From assembly GCA_964448235.1 (NCBI GenBank), contig CAYUWD010000001.1, positions 1 through 62,358 on the forward strand: a stretch of DNA of 62,358 bases, written 5' to 3'. The translations under genes and the position numbers were made by a program. The stretch comes from an uncultured Bacteroidales bacterium. Lineage in GTDB: Bacteria > Bacteroidota > Bacteroidia > Bacteroidales > ML635J-15. Positions 47,529 through 58,384 of this stretch are shown in pieces; the stretch's first letter is position 1; each line of letters begins with the position of its first letter. Under the pieces are notes generated by a model. It was not told the DNA's origin. It searched no databases and was given only the letters and a program-made list of their open reading frames with translations.

Positions 47529-49319
47529 ATGAAGAACACACGTAATTTTTGCATTATAGCTCATATTGACCACGGAAAAAGTACTTTAGCAGACAGACTT
47601 TTACAAACGACTAACTCTGTAAACGAAAGGGATTTCCAAAATCAAATGCTTGATGATATGGACCTCGAAAGAGAAAGAGGAATCACCATTAAAAGTCATG
47701 CAATTCAAATGGATTATGAGCAAGATGGAGAAAAATATATTTTAAATCTTATTGACACTCCCGGTCATGTTGATTTTTCGTACGAAGTAAGTAGATCGAT
47801 TGCTGCATGCGAAGGAGCTCTACTTATTGTTGATGCTACCCAAGGTGTACAAGCTCAAACAATCTCGACATTATATCAAGCTATTGATAATGACTTAGAA
47901 ATAATCCCAGTTCTAAACAAAATGGATTTGGATGCCGCAATGCCTGATGAAGTAGAAGATCAAATTATTGAACTTATTGGTGGTGAACGTGAAGACATTA
48001 TACACGCTAGTGGAAAAACAGGATTTGGAGTCGATAAAATCATTGATGCAATTATCAATAAAATACCTGCACCTGTTGGTGATCCAGAAAAACCACTAGA
48101 AGCATTAATTTTTGATTCTGTCTTTAATTCCTTTCGCGGAATAATCGCATATTTCAGAATTCTAAATGGTTCTATTCATAAAAAAGAATTAGTAAAATTT
48201 GTTAATACTGGTAAAGAATATATTGCAGATGAAATAGGTGTCCTTAAAATGGGTGATAATAAACCCAAATCTTTATTATCTGCTGGCGATGTAGGTTATA
48301 TAATTTCCGGCATAAAAACTGCTGTAGAAGTAAAGGTTGGAGATACAATTACTTCTGTTCAGAATCCTTGCGAAAAAGCAATTGAAGGATTTTCAGAAGT
48401 TAAACCAATGCTTTTTGCAGGAATTTATCCTGTTGACGCTGATGATTACGAAGAACTAAGAGCTTCAATTGAAAAACTTCAACTTAATGATGCTTCACTA
48501 ACATACACTCTTGAATCTTCGGCAGCTTTAGGTTTTGGATTTAGGTGTGGATTTTTAGGACTACTTCATATGGAAATTGTTCAAGAAAGGCTTGATCGTG
48601 AATTTAATATGGATGTTATCACTACTGTTCCAAACGTACAGTATCTTGCTCATACAACTAAAGAAGAAATTATCAAAGTTCATAATCCATCAGGAATGCC
48701 TGAACCTAATTATTTAGATTATGTAGAAGAACCATATATTATTGGGACTGTAATTAGCAAATCTGACTATATTGGCTCTATCATTAAACTAGTGATTGAT
48801 AAAAGAGGTATGCTTAAAGATCAAATATATCTTAGTACTGATCGAGTTGAACTTCGTTTTGAAATACCGTTAGGAGAAATCGTATTTGATTTTTATGATA
48901 AGTTAAAAAGCATCTCTAAAGGATATGCTTCATTTGATTATTATCAGTCTGGATATGAAAAATCAAAACTAGTTCGTTTAGATATTCTTCTAAATGGTGA
49001 AATGGTTGATGCCTTATCTACTTTAACACACTTTGATAATGCGCAAAGTTTTGGTCGTAGGATGTGCGAAAAGCTTAAAGATCTTATTCCAAGACAACAA
49101 TTTGATGTTGCTATTCAAGCAGCTATCGGAAGTAAAATCATTGCCAGAGAAACAGTAAAAGCTCTACGAAAAGATGTTACTGCAAAGTGTTATGGTGGTG
49201 ATATTACTCGAAAACGTAAACTGCTAGAAAAACAGAAAAAAGGTAAGAAAAGAATGCGTAATGTAGGCAATGTCGAAGTTCCACAATCTGCATTCTTGGC
49301 GGTATTAAAACTAGACTAA
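47529..49319 (+). CDS. lepA: Elongation factor 4 (LepA)
   Basis: Plus strand reads ATG AAG AAC ACA CGT at 47529 and TAA at 49317-49319, so the minus label in the ORF track is wrong. [36 protein letters not shown]. Confidence 0.97.
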   Translation: MKNTRNFCIIAHIDHGKSTLADRLLQTTNSVNERDFQNQMLDDMDLERERGITIKSHAIQMDYEQDGEKYILNLIDTPGHVDFSYEVSRSIAACEGALLIVDATQGVQAQTISTLYQAIDNDLEIIPVLNKMDLDAAMPDEVEDQIIELIGGEREDIIHASGKTGFGVDKIIDAIINKIPAPVGDPEKPLEALIFDSVFNSFRGIIAYFRILNGSIHKKELVKFVNTGKEYIADEIGVLKMGDNKPKSLLSAGDVGYIISGIKTAVEVKVGDTITSVQNPCEKAIEGFSEVKPMLFAGIYPVDADDYEELRASIEKLQLNDASLTYTLESSAALGFGFRCGFLGLLHMEIVQERLDREFNMDVITTVPNVQYLAHTTKEEIIKVHNPSGMPEPNYLDYVEEPYIIGTVISKSDYIGSIIKLVIDKRGMLKDQIYLSTDRVELRFEIPLGEIVFDFYDKLKSISKGYASFDYYQSGYEKSKLVRLDILLNGEMVDALSTLTHFDNAQSFGRRMCEKLKDLIPRQQFDVAIQAAIGSKIIARETVKALRKDVTAKCYGGDITRKRKLLEKQKKGKKRMRNVGNVEVPQSAFLAVLKLD

Positions 49320-49326
49320 AATATAT

Positions 49327-50490
49327 TTAATTCTTAACCAATTTAATTGACGAAACGACTTGGTTATTTTGATATATTACAGCAAAATAAAAACCTAAAG
49401 GTAAACTTTCTGTATCCCATTCAAAAGTATTTTCTCCTTTAAAAATCTTTTGTGAAAGAACTTTTTTGCCAAAAACATCATAAATTATTAATTGAACAGA
49501 ATTAACTAATTTATTATAGTAAAACGTTGTCTTATTAGAAAATGGATTTGGATAATTAACAAAACTTGGATTTTGAAATTTACTTCCTGCAATATCAGAG
49601 TTCTTTGTAACTTTTAGTTTGATAGCAACAGGTCTATGATCAGAAATATAATATTCATAATCATTCCATCCTCCTGTCATACATTCATCAATTTTAATTA
49701 CATCAATCGAAGAAGTCGAATCAGCAAAATCCGAAGACAAGTTATCTGTAATTAAAATATGATCAAGGTGTGATGGCCAAGAAGGATATGACCAATCATT
49801 TGAATCTCCATTAGCAATTTCCATATCAGCAAAAAGATAATTTTCCTGATCTTCTAAAATCACTTTAAATACGTTGTTATTTTGATTATCTGTCAACTCA
49901 TCATTAAAATCTCCAAGAACAATAACTTTATCATTTGCAAAATACACATCAATATATGATTTTAATAAAATACATGCATGAAATCTTCGTGTTTCCTCAT
50001 CATAATTATCTGTCAAGTCCAAAATCCCATCACCACAACATTTCAAATGATTATTTATTACAACAATTTTCTCATCCTTATATGTCAATTCCATAACCAT
50101 AGGCGAACGTGGAAATTCATCCCAATATGAATAATCTGTATATATTTCATAAATATCATCAATAATAACAACATTTGGATTATAAATAAAAGCCAAACCT
50201 GCAAACCATGAGGATTCATAATATGTATTATAGCTTTCCAACTCTAAGATCATCTGATTAAACAATACTGTATCATAAAGCTCTTGTATTGCAAGTACAT
50301 CAACATCTATGCTTTGTATTATTTCTGTTACATAATCAACTGTAACATTACTTTCTTTAGGAAAATTTTCTACATTCCAAGAAACAACCTCAAAAGTTGA
50401 ATCGGTTCCATATCTTAAATCTTCAAAGTTCTGAGACAATAATATTCCAGTAATACTACAAATAATAATAAATAGAATAAGCTTTTTCAT
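49327..50490 (-). CDS. Endonuclease/exonuclease/phosphatase (DNase I-like) protein with T9SS CTD
   Basis: SWNVENF, AIQE, LGDFND, LDHIL, SDHRPV; NYPNPF CTD; ATG 50490. Confidence 0.9.
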   Translation of the reverse strand: MKKLILFIIICSITGILLSQNFEDLRYGTDSTFEVVSWNVENFPKESNVTVDYVTEIIQSIDVDVLAIQELYDTVLFNQMILELESYNTYYESSWFAGLAFIYNPNVVIIDDIYEIYTDYSYWDEFPRSPMVMELTYKDEKIVVINNHLKCCGDGILDLTDNYDEETRRFHACILLKSYIDVYFANDKVIVLGDFNDELTDNQNNNVFKVILEDQENYLFADMEIANGDSNDWSYPSWPSHLDHILITDNLSSDFADSTSSIDVIKIDECMTGGWNDYEYYISDHRPVAIKLKVTKNSDIAGSKFQNPSFVNYPNPFSNKTTFYYNKLVNSVQLIIYDVFGKKVLSQKIFKGENTFEWDTESLPLGFYFAVIYQNNQVVSSIKLVKN

Positions 50491-50503
50491 ATAGTTCAAA
50501 TCT

Positions 50504-50983
50504 CTAAGCAAACCTATTATCTGACGTTCTAGAACTTATATTGTTTTTCTTATTTGCATACCAACCTAGTTTAGTACCCTCATGATAATCAAATTCCGGA
50601 ATATATGGTTTAATATCCAATAAAGGTGTGCCATTTAAAATATCGACATTTTCTATTTCTAGAACATTTCCATTAATACTATTAAGTTTTACTGTTGACA
50701 AACCTATTGCATTTGGTCTTTTCGGAGCTCTTGTAGAGAAAACACCTCGAAAAACATCATCAAGAAAAGGAATTACTTTTAGTTTATATGTATTTGACTT
50801 ATGCAAATGAAATAATATAGTTATATGAGAAAAGCCCTCTAGGTCAGATATTCCATCTAGATATTCTTCATTCAATACTATTTTCCCTTTTATTCCATTT
50901 GCATAAATAGGTTGCACCGGAACTCCCACATTAGAATCATGAGGAGTATAAATTGTTCCAATATAATTAAATTTTACCGACAT
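50504..50983 (-). CDS. tsaA: tRNA t6A37 N6-methyltransferase TrmO/TsaA family
   Basis: GVFSTRAPKRPNAIGLS, DILNGTPLLDIKPY. Confidence 0.9.
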   Translation of the reverse strand: MSVKFNYIGTIYTPHDSNVGVPVQPIYANGIKGKIVLNEEYLDGISDLEGFSHITILFHLHKSNTYKLKVIPFLDDVFRGVFSTRAPKRPNAIGLSTVKLNSINGNVLEIENVDILNGTPLLDIKPYIPEFDYHEGTKLGWYANKKNNISSRTSDNRFA

Positions 50984-50997
50984 AATTACTATTAATA

Positions 50998-52044
50998 CTA
51001 TACTTTTGCCATTGTAAAAGCCACTGTAGTCCCCACTCCTAAAGTACTTCTCACATTAACCGTTTGCCCATGTGCTTCTATAATATGTTTTACTATCGCT
51101 AATCCCAAACCCGATCCTCCTGAGTTTAATGATCTACTTTTGTCTGCCCTATAAAATCTTTCAAACACTCTTGGCAAATCTTCTTCAGAAATACCAATAC
51201 CATCATCAGTAACCTCAATCAAAACATTGGTATCCATTTCAAATAATTCAATTTTTATATTTCCTTTTTCATCATTATAATGAATAGCATTAATCAATAA
51301 ATTGATTATTATCTGATTTAAATACTCCTTATCAGCTTTAATAAAAATTTTCTTTTCAAAATGTTTAATAATTTCAACAGAAATATTTTTTGCATTATAT
51401 ACATCTTCAAGTGAATCAAGAACATCCTCGCATATTTCTACAAGCTCCAAAGACTCTAATCGAAGTTCTAATTGACCGGATTCAAGTTTGGAAATAGAAT
51501 CAAGATCATTAACAATATTTATCATACGATTAATGTTCTTTTCAATCTTTTTTAGATACCTTTTATTTATTGTTTCATCCTCTAACCCCCCTTCTAAAAG
51601 ACTCAATGTATACCCCTGAACATTAAATATCGGAGATTTTAATTCATGTGAGACATTTCCGACAAATTCTTTTCTGTACTTATTCATTTCGATCATTCTT
51701 TCGATTTCAAGTTCTCGTTCTTCTACCCACCTATTCACATCGTCCTGAACTTGATTTACAAGATCCGAATTATAATCAAACTTTATTGAATGGCTATATT
51801 TACTTGTTTTACGTTTATTAATCGTCTTATAAATCAATTTAATTCTATCATAAACAAAAGAAAACACGAAGTATCTTAACACAAAAAATGACACTAAAAA
51901 ACAACTCATTGCAATAACAATAACCCCCCATGTTTTCTGTGTTTTATCCACTACCTCACTACAAACAAATAGTAATAATAACATAAAAAACAAAATCAAC
52001 AAAGAATACAAAAAGGATAATCTATTTGAGCTATTATTTTTCAT
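50998..52044 (-). CDS. PhoR-like sensor histidine kinase
   Basis: Two TM segments; NVSHELKSP, NLLINAIHY, DDGIGI, VFERFYR, GGSGLGL. Confidence 0.92.
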   Translation of the reverse strand: MKNNSSNRLSFLYSLLILFFMLLLLFVCSEVVDKTQKTWGVIVIAMSCFLVSFFVLRYFVFSFVYDRIKLIYKTINKRKTSKYSHSIKFDYNSDLVNQVQDDVNRWVEERELEIERMIEMNKYRKEFVGNVSHELKSPIFNVQGYTLSLLEGGLEDETINKRYLKKIEKNINRMINIVNDLDSISKLESGQLELRLESLELVEICEDVLDSLEDVYNAKNISVEIIKHFEKKIFIKADKEYLNQIIINLLINAIHYNDEKGNIKIELFEMDTNVLIEVTDDGIGISEEDLPRVFERFYRADKSRSLNSGGSGLGLAIVKHIIEAHGQTVNVRSTLGVGTTVAFTMAKV

Positions 52045-52071
52045 GGATATTTCTAAAATAAAAATTACAAA

Positions 52072-52758
52072 TTAAAGAATAATTTTATAACCAACTCCTT
52101 TAAGAGTTTCAATATATTTATTCCCAAGTTTTTCTCTTAATTTTCTAATATGAACATCAATAGTTCTATCACCAACTATAACATCACTACCCCAAACTTT
52201 ATTATAGATTTGTTCTCGGGTAAAAACATCTCCAGGTGCAGAAATCAATAAAGATAATAGCATAAATTCCTTTTTTGCCAGTTTCACTTTTCGATTCACT
52301 ACAAAAACGTCTCTTGCATTAAAGTCTATCTTAATATCACCTAACTCAAACACATCATTTGTATGCATTAAACCTATAAATTTTGCTCTTCTAAGTAATG
52401 CTTCTATTTTTTTAATAAAAACAGCAGGTTTAATAGGTTTAGTAATATAATCATCTGCTCCGGCATCAAATCCTGCAATTTGAGAATAATCTTCTCCCCG
52501 GGCAGTAAGAAATGCAATTATTACATTCTTTAGTTTTTCTTTTGATCGTAGAATCTCACAAACCTGAATTCCATTTTTATCAGGCATCATAATATCAAGA
52601 ATTATTAAATCCGGAATATTATTTTCTGCAATAACTATAGCCTCATCACCATTATATGCATTATAAACATCAAACCCTGCTTTTATTAAATTGTATGTCA
52701 TAAATTCCTGTATATCCGTATCATCATCAACAAGAAGTATTTTTGCTTTATTTAACAT
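52072..52758 (-). CDS. OmpR/PhoB-family response regulator
   Basis: LVDDD, LDIMMP, FLTA, GADDYITKP, RTIDVHIRKLREK, GVGYK. Confidence 0.95.
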   Translation of the reverse strand: MLNKAKILLVDDDTDIQEFMTYNLIKAGFDVYNAYNGDEAIVIAENNIPDLIILDIMMPDKNGIQVCEILRSKEKLKNVIIAFLTARGEDYSQIAGFDAGADDYITKPIKPAVFIKKIEALLRRAKFIGLMHTNDVFELGDIKIDFNARDVFVVNRKVKLAKKEFMLLSLLISAPGDVFTREQIYNKVWGSDVIVGDRTIDVHIRKLREKLGNKYIETLKGVGYKIIL

Positions 52759-52841
52759 TTTTCAATTGTTTGATTTACAATTTAATTATTTACCATAAAA
52801 ATACGATTTTTTTTAGTTTATTCATATTTTATTAAAGAACA

Positions 52842-54263
52842 TTAAAAACGGAAATAAATAAACGGATTAAATCCTGAAGATGTGATTGATGCAGTTGATA
52901 GTATAAGCAATAAAATACAGGCAATAGCCATTAAAAAGTATTCTATAACAGAATATTTGCCAAAGAAAACTTTTTGTTCAAATTTATATCCCCATTTAAA
53001 AAGAGTAAGAAAGCTAAAAAATATAGCAAAAATAAGAATTATCCAAAATTCTATATTTGGGACTATTGCTTTTCCAGACTCAAAGCTAAACATCTTTAAG
53101 ATATATTTTTTTGCAAATCCAATAGATTCAGATCTAAATATTACCCAACCAATTGTTGTCACAAAGAATGTTAATATTATTGAGGGAAATTTTCCTATTT
53201 TATCAAGAAATTTTAACAGGAACAATCTATCTAAGATTAAAAACACACCATGAAAAGCTCCCCAAATAACAAACGTCCACGATGCTCCATGCCATAATCC
53301 AGAAATAAGAAAGACAAACCATAAATTAAAGTATAAACGAAATTTTGAATTTACTCTGTTTCCTCCCAAAGGAATATAAAGATAATCTTTCATCCATCGT
53401 CCTAAAGTCATGTGCCATCTACGCCAAAACTCAGATATTGAACGACTCACATACGGATTGTTGAAGTTCTCAGGAAACTTAAAGCCCATCATTTTACCTA
53501 AACCTATCGCCATATCAGAATAACCAGAAAAGTCGAAATATATCTGAAATGTATATGCTAAAACCCCAATCCACGCTACTGAAGAGGATATTACATTAGG
53601 ATCTAGAGCAAATATTTTATCAGCTTCGGCACCCACAACATTTGCAATTAATACTTTTTTGGCTAATCCAATAATAAAACGATAGAAGCCGGTTATTTTA
53701 TTATCTATTGTATCATTACTTTTCCTATCTGTTAATTGATCAGCAATTTCACTATATCTTACAATAGGACCGGCAATTAATTGAGGGAATAATAATATAT
53801 AAAGGAAAAGATCCCATACTCTATTTAAAGGCTTATGCTTATTTCTATAAACATCGATTGTATATGTAAATTTTTGGAAAGTAAAAAATGATATTCCAAT
53901 TGGCAAAATAACTTTAGCCATTTGAATCTCACCAACACTAATAATATTTAAAAACGAATTTAGATTATCTACAAAAAAATTGGCATACTTAAAATATGCT
54001 AATAAACCAATATTTAGTATAACAGATATAATAAGGAATGTTTTTTTCTTTACGCCATCTGACTGATACATTTTTTGCACCAAATAAAAATCAGCTAATA
54101 TAGAGCCTAAAACGACAAAAACAAACCTTGGTGCACCCCATGCGTAGAAGAACACACTTGCAAAAAGGGCTATATAATTTTTATATCGATAGTCAGCAAG
54201 AAGATATAAAAATAAAAATACAGGTAAAAAGTAGAATAGAAATATGTTACTACTAAAAACCAT
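52842..54263 (-). CDS. MBOAT-family O-acyltransferase (AlgI-like)
   Basis: MVFSS, LPIGISFFTFQ, FPQLIAGPIVRY, FDFSGYSDMAIG, EFWRRWHMTL, GLWHGA; ATG 54263. Confidence 0.95.
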   Translation of the reverse strand: MVFSSNIFLFYFLPVFLFLYLLADYRYKNYIALFASVFFYAWGAPRFVFVVLGSILADFYLVQKMYQSDGVKKKTFLIISVILNIGLLAYFKYANFFVDNLNSFLNIISVGEIQMAKVILPIGISFFTFQKFTYTIDVYRNKHKPLNRVWDLFLYILLFPQLIAGPIVRYSEIADQLTDRKSNDTIDNKITGFYRFIIGLAKKVLIANVVGAEADKIFALDPNVISSSVAWIGVLAYTFQIYFDFSGYSDMAIGLGKMMGFKFPENFNNPYVSRSISEFWRRWHMTLGRWMKDYLYIPLGGNRVNSKFRLYFNLWFVFLISGLWHGASWTFVIWGAFHGVFLILDRLFLLKFLDKIGKFPSIILTFFVTTIGWVIFRSESIGFAKKYILKMFSFESGKAIVPNIEFWIILIFAIFFSFLTLFKWGYKFEQKVFFGKYSVIEYFLMAIACILLLILSTASITSSGFNPFIYFRF

Positions 54264-54264
54264 C

Positions 54265-56181
54265 TTATTCAATAATTATTTCATAGATTTCACCCAAATA
54301 ATCCTCAGCTGGGAATGGGATATTTGCTTGATGGTAAGGAGATCCAGGCCACCAGTCGGTATTATGAAATTCTTGGGTAACAATTAACAACATTTGATTA
54401 TCAGGAATCATAGATATTGTTTGATCAATATAACCGACTTCAAATAATTTGTCTTTTTCCGGACCAATTCTCCATATTATTTTATCTGGTTGCCAGTCTA
54501 TTTGAAAATAGTAATAATCACTTCCAAAAAGGACATTATCAGGAGCCATATACTTTGTTGTAACAGCTCTATAACAATCCTCCCAACGGTGAGCAAGATA
54601 TGTTTTTCCATTATGCGTTACTTCATGACATCCTGATGAAAAATTTTCAGGTTCCCAACAAGCCATATCCCAATTAGTACAACAGACAGCTATATTTCCA
54701 TCATCTTCTAACACATCTTCAGGCAAATCTACATTCCAATCTCTCACTCTATTTGGATGGGCTTCGTAATTACCATAAACAGGAGGAAATTTACTTGAAG
54801 GACAATATGGTACTGTTTTTAAAATCTCAAAATCAATCTCAGAATATGAAACTCTTTCTACTCTATCATCAAAACGCCCTCCCCAGTATGTTTTCATATA
54901 GCCTTTTTCACGACATGGACGACGCAAATTCCATCCGTTCTCTGCTCCTCTACCTCCTTGATTTATCAACCATATTGCATTTGTAATTCCATTCCAAACA
55001 TTATAAGTATTAAGTAATTCTGTCATTTTGGCTTTTACAGTAAACTTCCCATATGTAAATCCATGTCTAGTTATCATGCCTACATTTTGTTTTTGCCAAT
55101 TACCATATGTAGATTTAGGATTTCTTAAGATTATCTTATTATCAACAGAATCGCTTAATATAGTTTCACATGGCACTTTTGGTGTTTGAGGCAATACTCT
55201 TATTCGTTCTTGAGGACTATAAAAAGCTCTTAACCAATTATACTCTTCCTTTGTAAATTTCCCATTAAAGAAATCTGTAATTACAGGAACATTATCAAAT
55301 TGTGATGATTCATCGATGTAGTGAATAAATTGTGCAACCGAGGCTTTCTCATACATCTGATCAGACTCATTACAATTGCAATTATAATATTCCTCAAATC
55401 CTTCATCGTCCTTATTAACAAATTTATATTTATCAATATATACACCATCTCCAAGATCAGGTGATGCTTTTACATTAATAAATTTCTCATTAAGATTAAC
55501 CTGACATGATTTTAGCCTAGAGCCATCTCCATGTTTAAAGTAAAAAAACGGCGAAACAAATTGATCATTTTTTGTTTTTCCAATATTTACAAGTTCATCA
55601 GGAATTTCACTCAGGGCTTCAGAATTGACAACAACTATCATTAAAGTATAATCTCCAACTCTCGGATTACGCTTCCATCTGTCATTTTCACCTTCATAGA
55701 AATATTTTTCTTCATTTCTGGGATTTCCAACTATTCTAAATGAGTCTTCAATTTTAATTTGTTCACCTGCCTTAATCTTTCCGCATGGTTTAAAGCCAAT
55801 TTGTGTATCTTCCCAACTGCCATAAAAATTCTCATGAGCAAATTCATGTTGTTTTGTTACATCAGAAGGGTTTGTATCAGGAAATTTATAAGACTCATTT
55901 TGATAATAAATTTTATAGAAATACTCTTCTTCTTTGTCAGAAGTATTTTTAACAAAAAATTCAATGTCAAATTTCCCATTAGATGTTTGATTCTTACTTG
56001 GTATTACAAATCCATGAATTGCACCTTCATAATCCATCCAGATTGACGCATCTAAATAATTAGTTAACAACCCGACATTTGTTATTTCAATCCCAGATTC
56101 ATTTTTTTTATTCGTATTATGTTTACAAGAGAACACACAAAACACAATAACACCAAACAATAATATTTTAAATCTATCCAT
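54265..56181 (-). CDS. Lipoprotein with a C-terminal GH16-like domain
   Basis: Lipobox FSC; FTYGKFTVKAK..NAIWL..EIDFE (ExDxE, 54826-54840)..YFQIDWQPDKIIW. Confidence 0.7.
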   Translation of the reverse strand: MDRFKILLFGVIVFCVFSCKHNTNKKNESGIEITNVGLLTNYLDASIWMDYEGAIHGFVIPSKNQTSNGKFDIEFFVKNTSDKEEEYFYKIYYQNESYKFPDTNPSDVTKQHEFAHENFYGSWEDTQIGFKPCGKIKAGEQIKIEDSFRIVGNPRNEEKYFYEGENDRWKRNPRVGDYTLMIVVVNSEALSEIPDELVNIGKTKNDQFVSPFFYFKHGDGSRLKSCQVNLNEKFINVKASPDLGDGVYIDKYKFVNKDDEGFEEYYNCNCNESDQMYEKASVAQFIHYIDESSQFDNVPVITDFFNGKFTKEEYNWLRAFYSPQERIRVLPQTPKVPCETILSDSVDNKIILRNPKSTYGNWQKQNVGMITRHGFTYGKFTVKAKMTELLNTYNVWNGITNAIWLINQGGRGAENGWNLRRPCREKGYMKTYWGGRFDDRVERVSYSEIDFEILKTVPYCPSSKFPPVYGNYEAHPNRVRDWNVDLPEDVLEDDGNIAVCCTNWDMACWEPENFSSGCHEVTHNGKTYLAHRWEDCYRAVTTKYMAPDNVLFGSDYYYFQIDWQPDKIIWRIGPEKDKLFEVGYIDQTISMIPDNQMLLIVTQEFHNTDWWPGSPYHQANIPFPAEDYLGEIYEIIIE

Positions 56182-56182
56182 A

Positions 56183-58294
56183 CTATTCGAAACAATACAT
56201 TTCTACTTTTTGAGTCAACCAATTTACTTTATTTAAGTTATCTTGAAATATTAAAACTTCAGTTTTACTATCTCCAAAAAAGTCTCCAGTAATTATTTTT
56301 GAAACTTCATAATATTTTGGGTTTTGACTATCTTGGAAACCTGTAAAATCAATATTATTTACAATTTCATAAGACATTTCGTTTAATTCTACTAGTTTCA
56401 ATAAAAATTTGGGCGATTTTCCAAACTGTAACAATTTTTCATAACTATTCAAATCAGATTTACATACAAAATATGTATCATTAAACTCCAATTTATCATA
56501 GGCCTGAATCATTTTATTTGAATGTAATTTTGAAATATTCCAAGAATTTAACTCCTTTGAATAGTCAAATACTTTATAAATATCTTTTCCGGATTGTAAA
56601 TATATAATCACAAGTTGTGGAGAATCGCTAAGAAAGTTACCTTTAATACATTTTACATTTCCATATTCTGTATTAATTAGCACTTGAGTATTTAGTAGCT
56701 TATAACTACTTTCTGATAATACAAATGTATTTATCTTACCATTATTTTCAAAAATACTTATTGATTTATCGCTATTATATATAACACAATTTATTTTTGA
56801 AACATTATTGTAATTAAAGTCTGCCACCAATTTAAGTTCATTACCTTTTAAAACAAATTGATACAACTTAGAATCTTCTTTACTGCCAATAAAAACAAAT
56901 CCTTCATCCTGACAAATAAAATTTTGATCATTAATATTGAAATCATGTTTTATTTCATTAGAAACAAGTTGTTTATTTTCAAATGAATACAAAATAATTT
57001 TGGTATTATAAAAAGCAAGTATTGCATCTTTATTACTTGTATCACAGAATTGCCCTGTTATTATTTTTTTACTTTTCGTAAACACTTTATTCAAGTCATA
57101 AAGGTCATTACCTACATTGCATTTTTTTAGGTACAAATTTTTATAAGGAGGATAATTTATTTTTTTTATAAATTCGTCATTATGAATTAAATCACAGGCA
57201 GGATCTATTGAAATATTTTTCTCATTCTCCTCTTTAATAACCAAGTACACATCATCAATATAAATTATATTATCATTACGATTCCACAAATACACTTTAA
57301 TACTATTAGAAGGATCTATCACATCTTTTGGGATTATCGCAGTACCATTACCGATATCCCATTCGTTAATCTCATGATCTTCAAAATTAAGGTGTGTACT
57401 TTGCCACATAACATCTTTACCTGTAGAATCAGAAACAGAAATAACAAATACTGCATCAACCTCCGGTTTTTCACATAAGTAATGAAAACTATATGATATA
57501 CTTTTTAGATTATCATATTTTAATTCATTCATAGAAATTGTTATAGATTTAGAGAATGAATCTTCTCCATCCGCAAATGTACTATAAAAGCCTGACAAAG
57601 AATATTTTGAACTAATTCTATTACCTTCAGTATTCTCAAAATCTATAAATTTGGATCTTGGACTTTCTACTACAAAATTTTCATTAAGGTTCAATGTAAG
57701 ATCATCCAGAAATATTACTTCTCCACTATCATCTAAATTCCACAAATAAACTTTTATATAATTATCCGTACTGATTAATTCTTTTGGAAATTCAAATTTA
57801 TGTTTAAATGGCTGCCAATTCCCAGGTATTATATCATCTTTATTAATATTAAAACCATCCCAATGTATTTGATTTTTGTTTTGATCCAAAACTGAAAAAA
57901 CCAATGTTACATTTACTTTTTCTCCTGAAGGATTTACCCAAAATGAAACATTTAAGCCATCTACTTTTGAACTATCATTTGTGGGGACAGGAATATTTAC
58001 AGCAGGGCTATATGCCTTATATCCAGACAATTTACCACTCTTAGATCCTGAAAGAAACTGCTCTGTAGTAATTGCAGAACTATTAGTTAAATAACGATTT
58101 GTTTCAAAATCTATCAAATATTCAAATTCATGATTATTTAGATTTGGCTCTTCTATTACTTTTATTGGCAATGAGTCTAAATATCTGCCAACATAATAAA
58201 CAAGAGGAACTAAAGCCAGAATAAGAAAAGCAACAATAATCAACCACACTTTTCTATTTAATAGTTTTGTCTTTTCAGTACGCCGTTTTACCAT
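56183..58294 (-). CDS. Membrane-anchored protein with two tandem CBM-like domains and FG-GAP-like motifs
   Basis: N-terminal TM; duplicated DFE...IKVYLWN...I(F/Y)(L/I)DD units; IITG(Q/D)F motifs. Confidence 0.7.
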   Translation of the reverse strand: MVKRRTEKTKLLNRKVWLIIVAFLILALVPLVYYVGRYLDSLPIKVIEEPNLNNHEFEYLIDFETNRYLTNSSAITTEQFLSGSKSGKLSGYKAYSPAVNIPVPTNDSSKVDGLNVSFWVNPSGEKVNVTLVFSVLDQNKNQIHWDGFNINKDDIIPGNWQPFKHKFEFPKELISTDNYIKVYLWNLDDSGEVIFLDDLTLNLNENFVVESPRSKFIDFENTEGNRISSKYSLSGFYSTFADGEDSFSKSITISMNELKYDNLKSISYSFHYLCEKPEVDAVFVISVSDSTGKDVMWQSTHLNFEDHEINEWDIGNGTAIIPKDVIDPSNSIKVYLWNRNDNIIYIDDVYLVIKEENEKNISIDPACDLIHNDEFIKKINYPPYKNLYLKKCNVGNDLYDLNKVFTKSKKIITGQFCDTSNKDAILAFYNTKIILYSFENKQLVSNEIKHDFNINDQNFICQDEGFVFIGSKEDSKLYQFVLKGNELKLVADFNYNNVSKINCVIYNSDKSISIFENNGKINTFVLSESSYKLLNTQVLINTEYGNVKCIKGNFLSDSPQLVIIYLQSGKDIYKVFDYSKELNSWNISKLHSNKMIQAYDKLEFNDTYFVCKSDLNSYEKLLQFGKSPKFLLKLVELNEMSYEIVNNIDFTGFQDSQNPKYYEVSKIITGDFFGDSKTEVLIFQDNLNKVNWLTQKVEMYCFE

Positions 58295-58312
58295 TTCTAA
58301 AAATTAGAATTG

Positions 58313-58329
58313 CAAATATATATATATAT
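58313..58329 (-). promoter_or_regulatory. -7 box (TATATTTG) merged with an (AT)7 microsatellite
   Basis: CAAATATA at 58313-58320; ATATATATATATAT at 58316-58329. Confidence 0.45.
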
Positions 58330-58384
58330 TTTAATTTTAATCCTACTCCTTACATTTAAATCATCCAATTTTTCACATTATTGT

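Noticed and set aside
47529-49319. ORF track labels lepA as minus strand
   Set aside because: The plus strand reads ATGAAGAACACACGT at 47529 and ends in TAA at 49319, with a plus-strand promoter upstream. The track label is wrong.
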